DNA of 64,000 nt from positions 49,600,001 through 49,664,000 of the forward strand of contig OX597827.1 of assembly GCA_951406725.2 (NCBI GenBank), written 5' to 3'. Position numbers and translations under genes: made by a program. The stretch is from Octopus vulgaris. Its lineage: Eukaryota. Shown in pieces: positions 1 through 12,890 of the stretch. Every line of letters begins with the position of its first letter. The first letter of the stretch is position 1. Under the pieces are notes generated by a model, which ran no database searches, had not been told where the DNA came from, and worked only from the letters and a program-made list of their open reading frames with translations.

Positions 1-1095
1 CATAACTGGTACTTATTCAATTGCCCCCGAAAGGATGAAAGGCAAAGTCAACCTCGGTGGAATTTGAACTCAGAACGTAGCGACAGACGGAATACTGCCA
101 AGTATTTCGCCTGGCATGCTAACGATTCTGCCAGCTCACCACCTTAATGATAATAACAATAATGATTTCAAATTTTGGCACAGGGCCAGCATCAAACACA
201 GCTGTCCACTTACTTCATCATAAGCACAAGAGAGATGTAGTCATTTAAATTGACTACACATACTTAGCGGTTCGGCAAAAGAGACCGATAGAATAAGTAC
301 TGGGCTTACAAAGAATAAGTCCCGGGGTCGATTTGATTGACTAAAGGCGGTGCTCCAGCATGGCCACAGTCAAATGACTGAAACAAGTAAAAGAGTAAAG
401 AGTAAAAGAGTATACATGCACCTCCCCTAGCACTTGACTGGAACTTCAATTTATCAATCCTTGAAGCATGGTCAACTTCAGCAGTATTTGAACTAAAAGT
501 GTAAAGAGATGTAATGGACAACCCTTTTGATATCAACCCACCTACAGCCCTGGTTTTACACTACAGACTTCCAGTTTAAAATGTTCTAAATTAAAACCTT
601 CCTTCAAAATTTCATGTTATGTTCCAAATGCCAGCCAATAACAATGATACTTATTTGACTGAATTCTTCATTATTTTCAAATCTAATTGAAACAAAGACA
701 GTGTATTTTAATAATAATATGGTAACAAAAGGATAACTCCATTGCTCTACAAATTCTACCATCTGGCAAGGAGTCCAAGCTAATGAAGAGCCTGTACAAG
801 GTTGCTCAGCCCTATAGAAGTAACAGCTGAATTTGTCTCAAATTACACTTTACTATCTATAAAAAAAAAAGAGTGAGAAATACATTGGGACATTTAATCT
901 GTAATAAATACAACAAAAAATGGGATGACGATGGTTGAAATACCTTTAACCAAAGATCTGCACAATCAGGGCTGATCCACATCTAAGCAACAATAACAAC
1001 ACATCACTCAGTTTAACCTGGAAACATAGCTGGCTTTAACAGAGGACACTCTGTTGCAAGCATGTAGGTCAGGTCTCCAGTTAGAGAGAATCTTC

Positions 1096-1522
1096 GGATC
1101 TTTTCGGTTTGAACGGCAGTTTTTTAAAATAATTCCCATGTAACTAAACACTTTTAAACTTCGTTTACCGGTAGAATGTGTTTATAAAACATCTTTTTCT
1201 CTTGGCTTTATTCAGAAAATTCTATAGTTTGTAAGATATTTGTTGTTTTTTTTCTTCAATTTCTGCAATTTCAACCAATCAATGACGTCTATTGAGGTAA
1301 AAAAAAACATTCTGTGCTGAATGAATATGTCCCTCGTTTAAGAAACAGATTGGATTTATTTACATTTGTGAAGAAAAAAAAATACCATTCCCCCCACCCC
1401 TAATCCTAACCCTAACCCTAAAACAGATTGAAATGCAATAGATCGATACTAGGGTCATAATTATGGGTGACAATTTCATATGACACCGCTAGAAAAAACT
1501 GCCGTTCAAACCGAAAAGATCC
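1096..1522. mobile_element. MITE family M1 (Merlin-like), copy 1
   Basis: TIR GGATCTTTTCGGTTTGAACGGCAGTTTTT at both ends; 8-bp TSD GAATCTTC (1088-1095, 1523-1530); internal CCCTAA tract. Confidence 0.92.
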
Positions 1523-2302
1523 GAATCTTCTTTCCCTCCCACTAAACTAATGTCAGAGACCCTAAAAGGAGTCACAGACACTAGTCTTCCTCCTCTAAGC
1601 TGTTTACAAAAAAATAAAGTGAAAGAATAATGGTAAAACACAGCAGCAGTAGATAATACATGTCAGTGTATAAGATCATTTTTAAGTAACTACTGCATCA
1701 TTAAAAATATAGTCACCTGCTCTGATAAGAACAACATTATACACAGCAGATAAGATAGGATGAACCCTGGGAAAGGAAGTTACAGATGAAAAAACCAGCT
1801 ATCTGATCTGACATGAGGAATTCAAACTAAATGAGGGAACTTCTATAGGGTCACCGAACCTACCAAAAAAATAGTCAAATATCCCTCAAATCACATCCCT
1901 ATTACTGTAGAAAAAATGGAAAGACACGTTGGATAATATAGTCGTGGATATAAATTAAAATGGGGTGAAACTTTTCCTCAAAGGTCTTCTTGATCAGAGT
2001 TGACCAGGGACTAAACTATAAGGACATCAACAATCAGCAAGGAAGACTCTACATGGTAACCTAACCTACAAGAAAAAGCAGCCAAATCTCCCTCAAAACA
2101 CACCCTGCTATCATTATAAAAAGGACATATCAGATAATGTAATTTTAAGTATACACAATGTCTTTTGGGAAAAAAAGGATGGAATAAAATTCAGAACAGT
2201 CATGGCAGAAATGTTATTGAGCATGGGTATTTTTGGTCAAACCTGACCTGAATTCAAATCGCTACAAACACACACAATAAGCTAGCAGAGGAGACACTAA
2301 GT

Positions 2303-2619
2303 CAGGAGTTCTCAACCTGGATGACCCCACCCCTCAGAGTGCAAGATAGCAATTTAGGAGGCATGATGAAAAGTGTATACTTTACTAAAATCACGTTTCT
2401 GAGAAAAATTATTTAGAAATTCTTAAAGATAACTTTGTACTGTGAAGCACACCAAGAAGTTTGTCTAGCTATTTTATGTGGTTCAATTTCAAAAATAATA
2501 AGTTATCAGAAAATCAACTTTCTCAATATCAAATACGATATTATTCTTATCAGGGGAGTGAAAATTAATCAAATATTTCTGAGGAGTATGGAGCATAAAA
2601 AAAAGATTGAGAATAACTG
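2303..2619. mobile_element. Degenerate hAT-like MITE
   Basis: Termini CAGGAGTTCTCAACCT and AAGATTGAGAATAACTG resemble hAT CAGGGGTTCTCAACCT TIRs; TSD only partly matching. Confidence 0.45.
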
Positions 2620-3180
2620 CTCAAAGTAGTTACTTGAGCTACTAGAAATAGCAGTTAAATGTATCATATTTAGAAAAAAGAAGACACACTGGATTACGTA
2701 GCATGTGGTATGTTAACTGTGTCATCATTATCATCATCGTTTAACGTCCGCTTTCCATGCTAGCATGGGTTGGACGATTTGACTGAGGACTGGCGAACCA
2801 GATGGCTGCACCAGGCTCCAATCTTGATCTAGCAGAGTTTCTACAGCTGGATGCCCTGCCTAACACCAACCACTCCGAAAAAAAAAACCACTCAAAAAAA
2901 AAATTAGGGTGTAGTCAGGACTAAAATGAAGTTTGCTCAATCATGATTGATCCAACAACAAAAGCTATTTGGAACTACCAGAAACTAAGTTAAAGATAAA
3001 GAATTTCTCAGCAATGTGGCAACAATTAATTATATGTTATATATAATAGGGCAGCAAGCTGGCAGAATCACTAGCGTACACGGAAAAATACTGAGCAGCA
3101 TTTCATCTATCTTCACATTCTGAGTTCAAACGCCACTGACATCAACTTTGTCTTTCATGCTGTCAGGGTCAATAAAATAC

Positions 3181-3618
3181 AAATCTTTTCGGTTTGAACG
3201 GCAGTTTTTTCTAGCGGTGTCATATGAAATTGTCACCCATAATTATGACCCTAGTATCGATCTATTGCATTTCAATCTGTTTTAGGGTTAGGGTTAGTTA
3301 GGATTAGGGTTAGGGGTGGGGGAAGGGTATATTTTTTTTCTTCAGAAATGTAAAAAAAACCAATCTGTTTCTTAAACGAGAGACATATTCATACGGCACA
3401 GAATGTTTTTTTTTACCTCAATAGACATCATTGATTGGTTGAAATTGCAGAAATTGAAGAAAAAAAACAACAAATATCTTACAAACTATAGAATTTTCTG
3501 AATAAAGCCAAGAGAAAAAGATGTTTTATAAACACATTCTACCAGTATACAAAGTTTAAAAGTGTTTAGTTATGTGGAAATTATTTTTAAAAAACTGCCA
3601 TTCAAACCAAAAAGATCC
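3181..3618. mobile_element. MITE M1 copy 2, inverted relative to copy 1, nested in a SINE-A-like element
   Basis: Same TIRs (left terminus GG mutated to AA); TSD TAAAATAC (3173-3180, 3619-3626); SINE sequence resumes on both sides. Confidence 0.9.
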
Positions 3619-4139
3619 TAAAATACATACCAGTAGGTCAGTGAGGTCAATGTAATCAACTTAACTCCTCCCAAAAAATTGCTGGCCTGGTGCCAAAATT
3701 TGAAATCATTTATATATCACATATAGGCTTTTCCTATATGAAGTGGGGGTCAGCTGGTACACTATTCTGGGGGCCCAGAGAACAAAAGAGGAATTCATAA
3801 ATATCTGATGAGCTCATCCTCCTCCACCCAAAAAAAAAACATGCAGCCCCTTTGAACTTTGAAAAACCCCCAACCCTCTTTTTCAGTCTTGTTCTGCATG
3901 GCAAAATTCTTCTTAGAGACCCTGCACATAGAGCAGTAGAGTGGCAGAAATGGTGTTTCCTATGTGTCAGTCATTATTTAACCCAAGGTCAGCTCTGATC
4001 AATCAGACGTGTGATCAAAAGATTTATATTTGTAACCATCCTGTCAGCTAACAGACAGTTAATAATAATGAAATTATTGTATACAGAGCTCAGTAATGTA
4101 CAAATGTCTGGAGAGCGAACAGTGTATGAGTCAGATACA

Positions 4140-4575
4140 TGCTTGCGTGAGTATGGAGGGGAGAAAATCAGGTGTAGTGTTGGCGAATCTCAGGAAGCAT
4201 GGAAGTTTTGAAGGATGCAGTGCTCCAACAACTAACAACTGATACTGGCAGTTTGTTCCATGCTTCAGCAACTCTCAGCGTGAAAAAATGTTTCCTAAAG
4301 TCATGGAAGCTGTGCTGTTTTCTAACTTTGTAACTATGTCCACAAGTGTTAGATGGGTGGAGTTCGAAAAGGTGCTCAGAGTTATTGTTTGTAAGATGGT
4401 TGATAATTTTATGGGTGTCTGCCAAGTCAGCTGCCAGACGTCAGAGTTTCAATGTATCCATGCCCAGGGAAGTAAGGCGTTCAGAATATGGCAAATGCCT
4501 GATGGAGGGTATTCTCTTGGTTGCACATCGCTGAACGGCTTTTACCTCCAAGTCCACTTTCATCAAACCAATCTA
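4140..4575 (-). mobile_element. CR1/L2-type LINE 3' fragment
   Basis: L..RR...D...THKII...RKHFFTLRVAEAWNKLP, typical of the CR1 ORF2 C-terminus. Confidence 0.8.
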
Positions 4576-5252
4576 TAAACATCCCATCTTCATTTCAAAC
4601 TATGTATCTAGGACTACATTATCCAATACATTTTTCCTCTAACAAAAAGGAAATGGTCAAATGAGTCAACCAGAGAAATGCTTAAGAGAGTAAGCTTTGG
4701 ACAAGAAAGTCAGATAGGATGTAGAAAGCAGGACGCCACCCAAAGATAACCTGAAGACAGGCAGAAAAAGGAATGAGGATAAAATGAATGACATGGAACA
4801 AAGTGAAAGAAAAATACAGGACAGAACACTGGAAGACTGCTGTGAAGAACTTGTGTTCTGCTAGAAATCCAAACAAGACATCATCATCATCATCATCATT
4901 ATCATGAAGGTGAGGTAAAGTTGAAAGGAAATTTGGCAGCTATTTCTAGAAGGTCAGGTGGCCATATAGAGGCTACTTCAGTCAGTCAGTATTTATACGT
5001 GTTATGTGTGTCATTACTGTGTGTGTGCGTGCACACATGTAATGTTTGTGTATAACAATACAGTACGTTATGTGAATGTGTATGACAGAAGTGAGCTTTG
5101 TATACATGAGAATATTATACCTTATCCATTGTTATGCATGAATCAGTATAGAAATTTTACATACATGACAGTACAGACACTATATGTCTGTAACAGTAGA
5201 ATGTGTTATGTGTGTGTCCCAGTACAGTGAGTTATCTGTATGTATGACAGTA

Positions 5253-5755
5253 CATCATCATCATCATCGTTTAACGTCTGTTTTCTATGCTAGCATGGGT
5301 CAGGTGGTTCAACCGGGGTCTGGGAAGCCAGGTGGCTGCATCAGGCTCCAGTCTGATCTGGCAGTGTTTCTACAGTTGGATGCCCTTCCTAACGCCAACC
5401 ACTCCGTGAGTGTAGTGGGTGCTTTTTCCGTGCCACTGGCACAGGTTCCAAGGGAGGCTGGCATCGGCCATGATCAGTTGGTGGTTTTTACGTGCCACCT
5501 ACACGGAAGCCAGTCAAGGCGGCGCTGGCATCAGCCACGTATGGATGGTGCTTTTTACGTGCCACCGGCACAGGTGCAAGGGTAGGCTGGCAACGGCCAC
5601 AAGTGGTTGGTGCTTTTTACGTGCCACCAGCACAGAAGCCAGTCAAGGCGGCGTTGGCATCGGCCACATACGGATGGTGCTTTTTAGGTGTCACTGGCAC
5701 AGGTGCCAGGGTAGGCTGGTAATGGCCATGAACAGTTGGTGCTTTTTATGTGCCA
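5253..5755 (-). mobile_element. R1 3'-UTR-only copy with a six-unit array
   Basis: (CAT)n + GTTTAACGTC...GGATGCCCTTCCTAACGCCAACCACTCC tail followed by six GGTGCTTTTTACGTGCCACCGGCAC units. Further tail copies at about 2722-2878(-), 29217-29398(-), 31295-31632(+), 32007-32282(+), 33500-33782(+), 36570-36662(+), 40190-40381(-), 42460-42862(+), 44262-44600(+), 47950-48088(-). Confidence 0.88.
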
Positions 5756-6319
5756 AACAGAATGTACAATGAGTTATCTGTGAATGACAATACAGTGTGT
5801 TATGCATATCACAGTACAGTTTGTGATACGGTGCATAACAGTGCAAAAATGTTATAACGTATTGTACTGTGGAACTGTGTGACAATGCAATGTATTATGT
5901 GAGTGTCACAGTAGAGTCTGTTACAGTTTCATACACACAATATTTGGTTGTATGTGTGTATGTGATTAGTGCTTTAGGTGACTGTCAACACAATATGTTT
6001 TATATGTGTAACAATGCAGCATGTTACAAGCTTGTCAGTACAATGTTAAGCATGTGTAACAGTACAGAGTGCATATGTGTGTAATAGTGCAGAGTATTTG
6101 CATGGTATGGGTGACAGTAGTGTTATGTGTTTATCAGTAGAAATGTTGTGTGTTACAGTATATGTAGTATATATAGATATATAAGTAATCCCCAAAAACA
6201 AAGAAAAATCACAAGAAAAGACAACAATGCAAGGACGTAGTACATGCAAAGTATTACAAGATGCTCATGTATATATATATATATATATATACATATATAT
6301 ATACATATATATATATACC

Positions 6320-7104
6320 TTATGAGAAAAGTTGAACCTAAGAAGCATCAGATACGGTGTGCAAGAGAGACGACTGCGCTGGTATGGTTATGTGGCGAGA
6401 ATGGCTGAGGATAGCTGTGTGAAAAAGTGCTACACCCTAGCGGTTGAGAGAATCTGTGGAAGAGGTAGACCCAGGAAGACCTGGGATGAAGTGGTGAAGC
6501 ACAACCTTCGAACATTAGGCTTCACCGAGGCAATGACTAGTGACCAAGACCTTTGGAAATATGCAGTGGTGAGAAGACCCACCAAGCCAAGTGAGACCAT
6601 AACCTTGTGGCCTATACCAGGGGTGTAACCAGCCCACTTATGCGTATTTTTCCTTCACTGGACACTAAACTCTGCTTGCAAAGACCTGTTGAGACAAGTG
6701 AAATCGAATCAAAATCAATGACTGTCACCCATGCCAGTGGAGCGCTAAGAGCACCATCCGAGCGTGATCATTGCCAGAGCAGCTGACTGGCTTCCGTTCC
6801 GGTGGCACGAAAAAAATTCAGGTGGCACATGAAAAAACATTTGAGCAAGGTCGTTGCCAGTGCCGCTGGACTGGCTCCTGTGCAGGTGACATTTGAGTGT
6901 GGCCATTGCCAGTACCACCTGACAGGCCCTCGTGCCGGTGGCATGTAAAAGCACCCACTACACTCTCGGAGAGGTTGGCATTAGGAAGGGCATCCAGCTG
7001 TAGAAACTCTACCAGATCAGATTGGAGCCTGGTGCAGCCATCTTGTTCGCCAGTCCTCATTCAACCCATGCTAGCATGAAAAGCGGACATTAAACGATGA
7101 TGAT
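6320..7104 (+). mobile_element. RTE LINE R1, 5'-truncated copy
   Basis: RRLRWYGYVARM...GRGRPRKTW ORF2 C-terminus, followed by the 3' UTR hairpin array and GGACATTAAAC(GAT)n tail. Confidence 0.9.
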
Positions 7105-8311
7105 ATATATATATATATATAAATCTTTCCAAAACTGACCTCACCTGTGCTTGTACCATGTAAAAAGCATCAAGTTCGCTTAGTTACAGAAATCTGGTGT
7201 AGGTTTCTGCCTGGCCGACCCTTGTCAAACTGTACCACCCATGCCAGCATGGAAGGCAGATGTTAAACGATGATGATGGTGTTGAAATTTGCTTAGAAGA
7301 TATGTTAACCTCATAAAGAGATGGTTATATCCAAGGAAATACTGGTTCTATACCTAGTATTTTGGGGAAATTAAATTTCTTTAAATCAATAGGAATATAT
7401 TAAGCATATAATTCATGTTCAGTTGGGTCAGCATGTAACATCTTACAGTATATCTTTTTCTCTGAAATGCAAATTTAAAGCATAAATTTGTAATTCACTT
7501 ATTGGACACTAATTGAAACAGCTGTAAGAAGTAAAGATTACCAATTTTTTAATAATAGATAATCATTAACTTTCAACTTTCCATTTGCTTTCCTTCAATT
7601 AACTAAACATGAATTATATGTGTGTGAGTGAGGGTCATTATACAATGATATTTGCTAACCAGGACAATATGTTAGGTATGTGTAATAGAAGAATGTGTAT
7701 GAGCATATAACAGTACTGTATGATATATATTTGTCTATATATTATCTATGTGTAACAGTGTGTTTGTGTGCATATATGTATACATGACTGTATAGTGTGC
7801 TACATATTTGCAAGGTGGCAAGCTGGCAGAAACGTTAGCATGCTGGGCGAAATGCTTAGCCATATTTTGTCTGCCGTTACGTTCTGAGTTCAAATTAAGC
7901 CGAGGTCAACTTTGCCTTTCATCCTTTCGGGGTTGATTAAATAAGTACCAGTTACGCACTGAGGTCGATATAATTGACTTAATCCATTTGTCTGTTCTTG
8001 TTTGTCCTCTCTGTGTTTAGCCCCTTGTGGGTAGTAAAGAAATATATATATATCTGCCAGTACATTATACAATGTATCTGTTATAGTGAGGTGTGACATT
8101 ACATTCCAGTGTACATACAGCATGTTGAACTGTACAGTTTGTTATGCAAGTGATAACGTTATGCATCATACATGTAATAATACTACATCTTACATATACA
8201 TTGCAATAAAATGTACTGTATTTATGAACAATGTATCTGTTCAGCCCAAGGTCAGTTCTGATCAAGCAGATCCATAATCAAAAGTATTGCAGCTATGGTC
8301 AACACATATTT

Positions 8312-8588
8312 GGCATTCCTTCGATATAACTCAACAAAATTGAAACATTTCACTTCGGGTATTCCTGTGGAAGCAAATGACAGTTCGATTCTCTGTTTTC
8401 TGCTTGGAAATTTGAGGGTTTTATATACACACATGAAGCAGGTAAGAACAAATATGCAAGGCTTTTTTGTTCTTCAAGTTGAAAATGAGACATTGCTGTC
8501 ATAATTTTGTTATATCTATACTCCACAACCCATGGAAATACCCAAAGTGAAATCTTTTGATTTTGTTGAGTTATATCAAAGGAATGCC
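8312..8588. mobile_element. MITE family M2 (GG..CC termini, 8-bp TSD)
   Basis: Imperfect TIRs of about 60 bp starting GGCATTCCTTyGATATAACTCAACAAAA; TSD ACATATTT (8304-8311, 8589-8596). Confidence 0.85.
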
Positions 8589-11134
8589 ACATATTTTTTC
8601 GTTGAGGACAGGAGTATTTAAAACATTTCCCTTTTTTGATGCAGGGGAATGATTAGCAGGGAATGTGGGGGCTATTGTTAGCTTGTTGGGTGACCATGTA
8701 GAGTTTCTTTCATTCACTTAAATACAATGTGTTATCTATGTGTGACAATATAATAGCGTTGCATACACAGTACAGTATATTGGGTTTTACATACAATTCA
8801 GTGTGTCAGGTACACGTGGCTGTACAGTGTAACCCACCCACCCCCGGAATGAGCTCTGATCAGGGCAGACCCTTAGAATGCAGATAGACAGCTAAACAGA
8901 TGTTATTCTAGTTATAATGCCTCCCTCTAGTTGAGGACAACGCTACACATTCTGATATGTAGAGATTAAGAATAAGGTTGTAGTTTGACAATCTGGACAT
9001 GTTGAATTGTCTCTGCTGCCCAGTCCATTTCTGTATACTTAGGCCTAGATATATTTTGCCTGAAGTAAAAAAAAAAAAAGGGGGACTGAATGCTCACAGC
9101 TGGGTTATTGTTCATCATAGAACTACTTCAAATGGGCTGATCTGGGGGGTTTAAACAACAAGTTTAGATTTGACAAGCCAATGATCTGCTAAAAGTAGTA
9201 GCCAAATCTTGACTCATACTCTTTCATCTACCTAGACAGAACTAGCCATGTAGTCCTAGATACACTATGGGCAACAAAAAAAAATGTAAGATGTTCACAG
9301 TGAGAATGTATTTTACTACAGATCTGCTAGCTGTTCTACAAAAGTATGTCCTACTTTAAACTAAGGGGCAGCAGATACCCAGCACCAGGTAAATATTTCA
9401 CTTGAGATAGCTGCTGTGCAATAGTCTGTCCCTGATTAAACATTTTAAGAAGGATTCTTATTAGAGTGTAGTCTTAAATTACTTTAAGAACAAACATTAG
9501 GTTCTGAACTTTTCCAGAGCACTATACATCCATTACAGGTCACACTGTAGATATATCATCTTACAGCACAAGTTAACAAATTAGCCTTTTTGTAGTTCCA
9601 CGGCCTGTTAAAAATAGTAGTCAAATCTCCCTCACACTACTTAAAGGGAGAGAAGTTAAAAATTGTAGTCCAAAAATTATATTATGGGTCTGGGAAAAAA
9701 CTGTACTGTCATGTCTGGAATGCCCTAAGGGTTCTTAATATACCAGCGTCATGTTACAGAATCCCAGTCTGAGTCAGCAAAGGTTAAGTAAGCTAGTTAC
9801 AGACACAATGCAGCAATGGCGTAGCAAGGGTTCTCAGCTCCCCCGACCCCTGTCCGTCTACCCACGAGAGAAGGGAGGGACACCGATACTTTTGATGTCC
9901 CCGCCGTAAGTTAAGACATGTTAGACTAGAGGTAATTTTGCGTCCCTAAGAAAAGTGAGCCTTGCTGCACTTTTCCAAGATAAGAGGTCCCTCTCTCTCC
10001 GACATTTAAAAACTATAGATTGTTCTGGCCTGTTGCCCGACACCGTATTGAACCATTATCTATGATTCCTGAACCACAACGGAAACAGTTAAAATAAAGA
10101 CACGCTGTCAGTCTTAATGGAAGAATAGTTTCTATCAAGGACTAAAAGCCAAGAATTTCATGAGGAATAGTCGATAAAATCGTACAAGTGTACTTTATTT
10201 TATCGATCTCGTCCCAAATTCAAAGCAGTTAAATAAGAATTTGTTAGCTTTTGTTGCTTTTTTAAATATTTTACGAAACAAGTTCGAAGGAGTCCAACAA
10301 TATTCGTTTTTAGTACGTGTCCCTAAGTTGTCATATAACTCTGGCAAATCTTGCTTGAGCAAGTCTATGGTCAAAGGAATTCCTGCCTTAACCATCCCGT
10401 CTTTTAGCGTATTTAAAATTAGGTGATCTTATATCGAAGTTTTGCCAAATTATATTGTCTTTATGTGCCTTCCCTATTCTTAAAGACGGTCAGGTGTACT
10501 GAGGGAGATTTGGCTGTTCTTTCTAACAGGTCGAGTGGCCACATAGAGATTTCTTCGTTGGCTCGTGTCGATGGTGTTTAACCACAGGTCAACCCTGATC
10601 AAACGCATGAAGAACGGCGTTCCAACCAAGACGAATCCGTCGCTTTTTTTTTTCTGTCAGGACCACACTGTCCAACATAATCTGTTGTTGCATAATACCA
10701 AATCAGAGCTAACTGAACAGAATTATAATCAAAAGAATTTCAAACATGACCATTCTGCCTTTTGTACATCTAAAAGTAAAAAGGCCAGTATGTCTTTCCT
10801 TTAAAAAAAAAAAAGGAAGGAAGAAAAGAAACGTAAGGTATGATTTGATGGGGGGGGGGGGGTTTGGCTGCTATTTCTAGCTGGTCGAGCGACAACGTAG
10901 AGGGTCCCTTATTTGTTCGCTGACCAGAGGATTGATTGCTTCTTACTCCGTCCCGAAAGAAGAAAAAGGGATGGAAAAAACAGGACGGTATGTTATGATT
11001 TGAGGGAGATTTACGATATCTCTCCAGAAAGCCGGGCGGCGGTTGTGTAAAAGGCTTGCTCCCTAAGTCTCGTGTCCCCCAGGTTATTTTAGTAGTTTGG
11101 TCAGCAGAAGAATTTAACAAACAGGCAAACTTAC

Positions 11135-11293
11135 CTTCGTCAACTGGGCGATTTTCTTGGACATTTTGTGATGCATGTCGTACGTAAGATCTCCGTCTTT
11201 TGTTGACGATCCATGAGGTAAAGTGGCAAATTTAACATTTTGCTGTTGGTAGAAATTATTTGAATAAGACATTCTGGTGCTGCCAGTCGCCAT
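11135..11293 (-). CDS. FAM184: FAM184A/B-like coiled-coil protein, first coding exon (53 codons); remaining exons not found in window
   Basis: ATG at 11293 gives MATGSTRMSYSNNFYQQQNVKFATLPHGSSTKDGDLTYDMHHKMSKKIAQLTK followed by a phase-0 donor AAG|GTAAGT. MHxKMSKKIAQLTK is the recognisable FAM184 N-terminal motif. Confidence 0.88.
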
Positions 11294-11929
11294 TTTTTGG
11301 CTTGAAACCAAAAAAAAATAATTAAAAAAAAAAACAGCCCCAGAAATGGTATAGAAACAATTTAACAACAAGAAAAAAATAAAGAGTTAAAAAAAAAATT
11401 GTTAAACTTCCGAAGATTCTTGCTTTTATAAGTATTGTAATGTAGATAATATTGTGGTTCCTCTGATTGTCGGGTTTTATTTCATTGTAATTATTTTTAA
11501 TAATGGGTAAATCATAATGTAATAATAATAATAATAATAATAACTATAGTCGAGTTAGATAACGAAAAGTCTGCGTAGTTCTGCGATGCTTATTATGAGA
11601 TTTGTAATGACAGGAATAAGGGAAAAAAAAAACTAAAAAAAAAAACAAAGTTGGTTGACGAAGATCTTGTTATAAAAATGATCCTAATAGTATAATAATG
11701 TATAATCCATCCACGTTTTAACTCCAAAAAATTTTCGAAGAAGTAGCAACTAAACCATGATTGTTACTTGATTTCCTTCCATGACCGAGCAAACGGCTCT
11801 AAGTCACCGGCATCTCAACAACAACAACAGCAGTAGCAGCAACAATAAAGAGCATCACCACCATTTAGACTCCGTGGTACCAAGAACAGCGCACGCCTCT
11901 GTTTTGGCTTGCGGTAACTATGTTACCGT

Positions 11930-12890
11930 GTGTACATGGCTCTGTGTGTGTGTGTGTGTCTGTGTGTTCGTGTGTGTCTGTGTGTTCGTGCCTTCGCGCG
12001 CGCGTATATGTGTGTGTGTGTGTATAAATGTCAATGTCGAGATAGGTTATCTCATGTGTGTGTGTGTTTGTACGTATACATACACACGCATATGTATGTG
12101 TATGTTTGTATTTATATTAGTTGTCGAGATAGGTTATCGCGTGTGTGCGTGCGTGTGTGTATGTGTGTGTGTGTGTATGTATGTGTATTTACTAAGTCTC
12201 GTGTGTACGCGTCTCGACCGCTGAATGTTTGTGTGTGTGTACGTTTGTGTATGTTTGCGCGTGTGTGCATGTTTATACCTTTTAATAAATGTGTGAAAGA
12301 AAGAAAGAAAGAAAGACAGAAAGAGATAGTTAGAGGTAGGGGGGAAAGGAATAGCGAGAGAAAGAAGAGAGGGAAATAACGAGAGAGGGAGGGAGGGAGA
12401 AAAAGCGCGTCTACGAAGTTGTATGTGTATGTGTGATAAATGTATGTGTATGTTTATGAAGCTACGTATGTAGGCCAATATGTGGCTAAATGTGCATGCG
12501 AGTGTGTCCTGTTAAAACTATGTGTCTGTCTATGAAGTATTTTGTTAATGTTCACTGAAAAGATGCAAGTATGCGTGCTCCGTCTGTATGCGTGCATGGG
12601 TGTGTGTTCGTGCGTGTGTGTGTGTGTGTGCGTCTAATCAGCTTTTGTGTGTGTGTGTGTGTCTATGAAACTGTTTATGAACCTGATTACGAATTTGTGT
12701 GTTTGTTACGAAGTTATTTATGGCACTGTATGTATGTGAGTATATATATATATAAATATGTGTGTGTGTGCACATACATACATACATACACACATACATA
12801 CATACATACATATTTATATATGCATTATTCAGTCTACCAAGCTCACTGCTTGCGTGCATCTATCAAGCTCTGTGTGTGCTGGTATGTAAA
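11930..12890. repeat. Compound (TG)n/(GA)n/(TACA)n microsatellite field upstream of the FAM184 ATG
   Basis: Directly visible; includes a duplicated TGTCGAGATAGGTTATC unit. Confidence 0.9.

Noticed and set aside
3282-3316. Telomere or chromosome-fusion scar (TTAGGG repeats)
   Set aside because: Only a few units are present, always inside the M1 MITE between its TIRs.
3805-3830. Hammerhead ribozyme core (CTGATGAG); also CTGATGA at 42653 and 63720
   Set aside because: No properly placed GAAA with stem II/III pairing was visible.
5418-5755. CRISPR array (25-bp palindromic repeats with 37/42-nt spacers)
   Set aside because: The spacers are two alternating, mutually related types rather than unique sequences. 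The array sits in a LINE 3' UTR in a eukaryote, and there are no cas genes.
1-11134. FAM184 exon 2 (expected to begin VIYALN-like)
   Set aside because: Not found by eye; it presumably lies beyond the left edge. A TBLASTN search would confirm.
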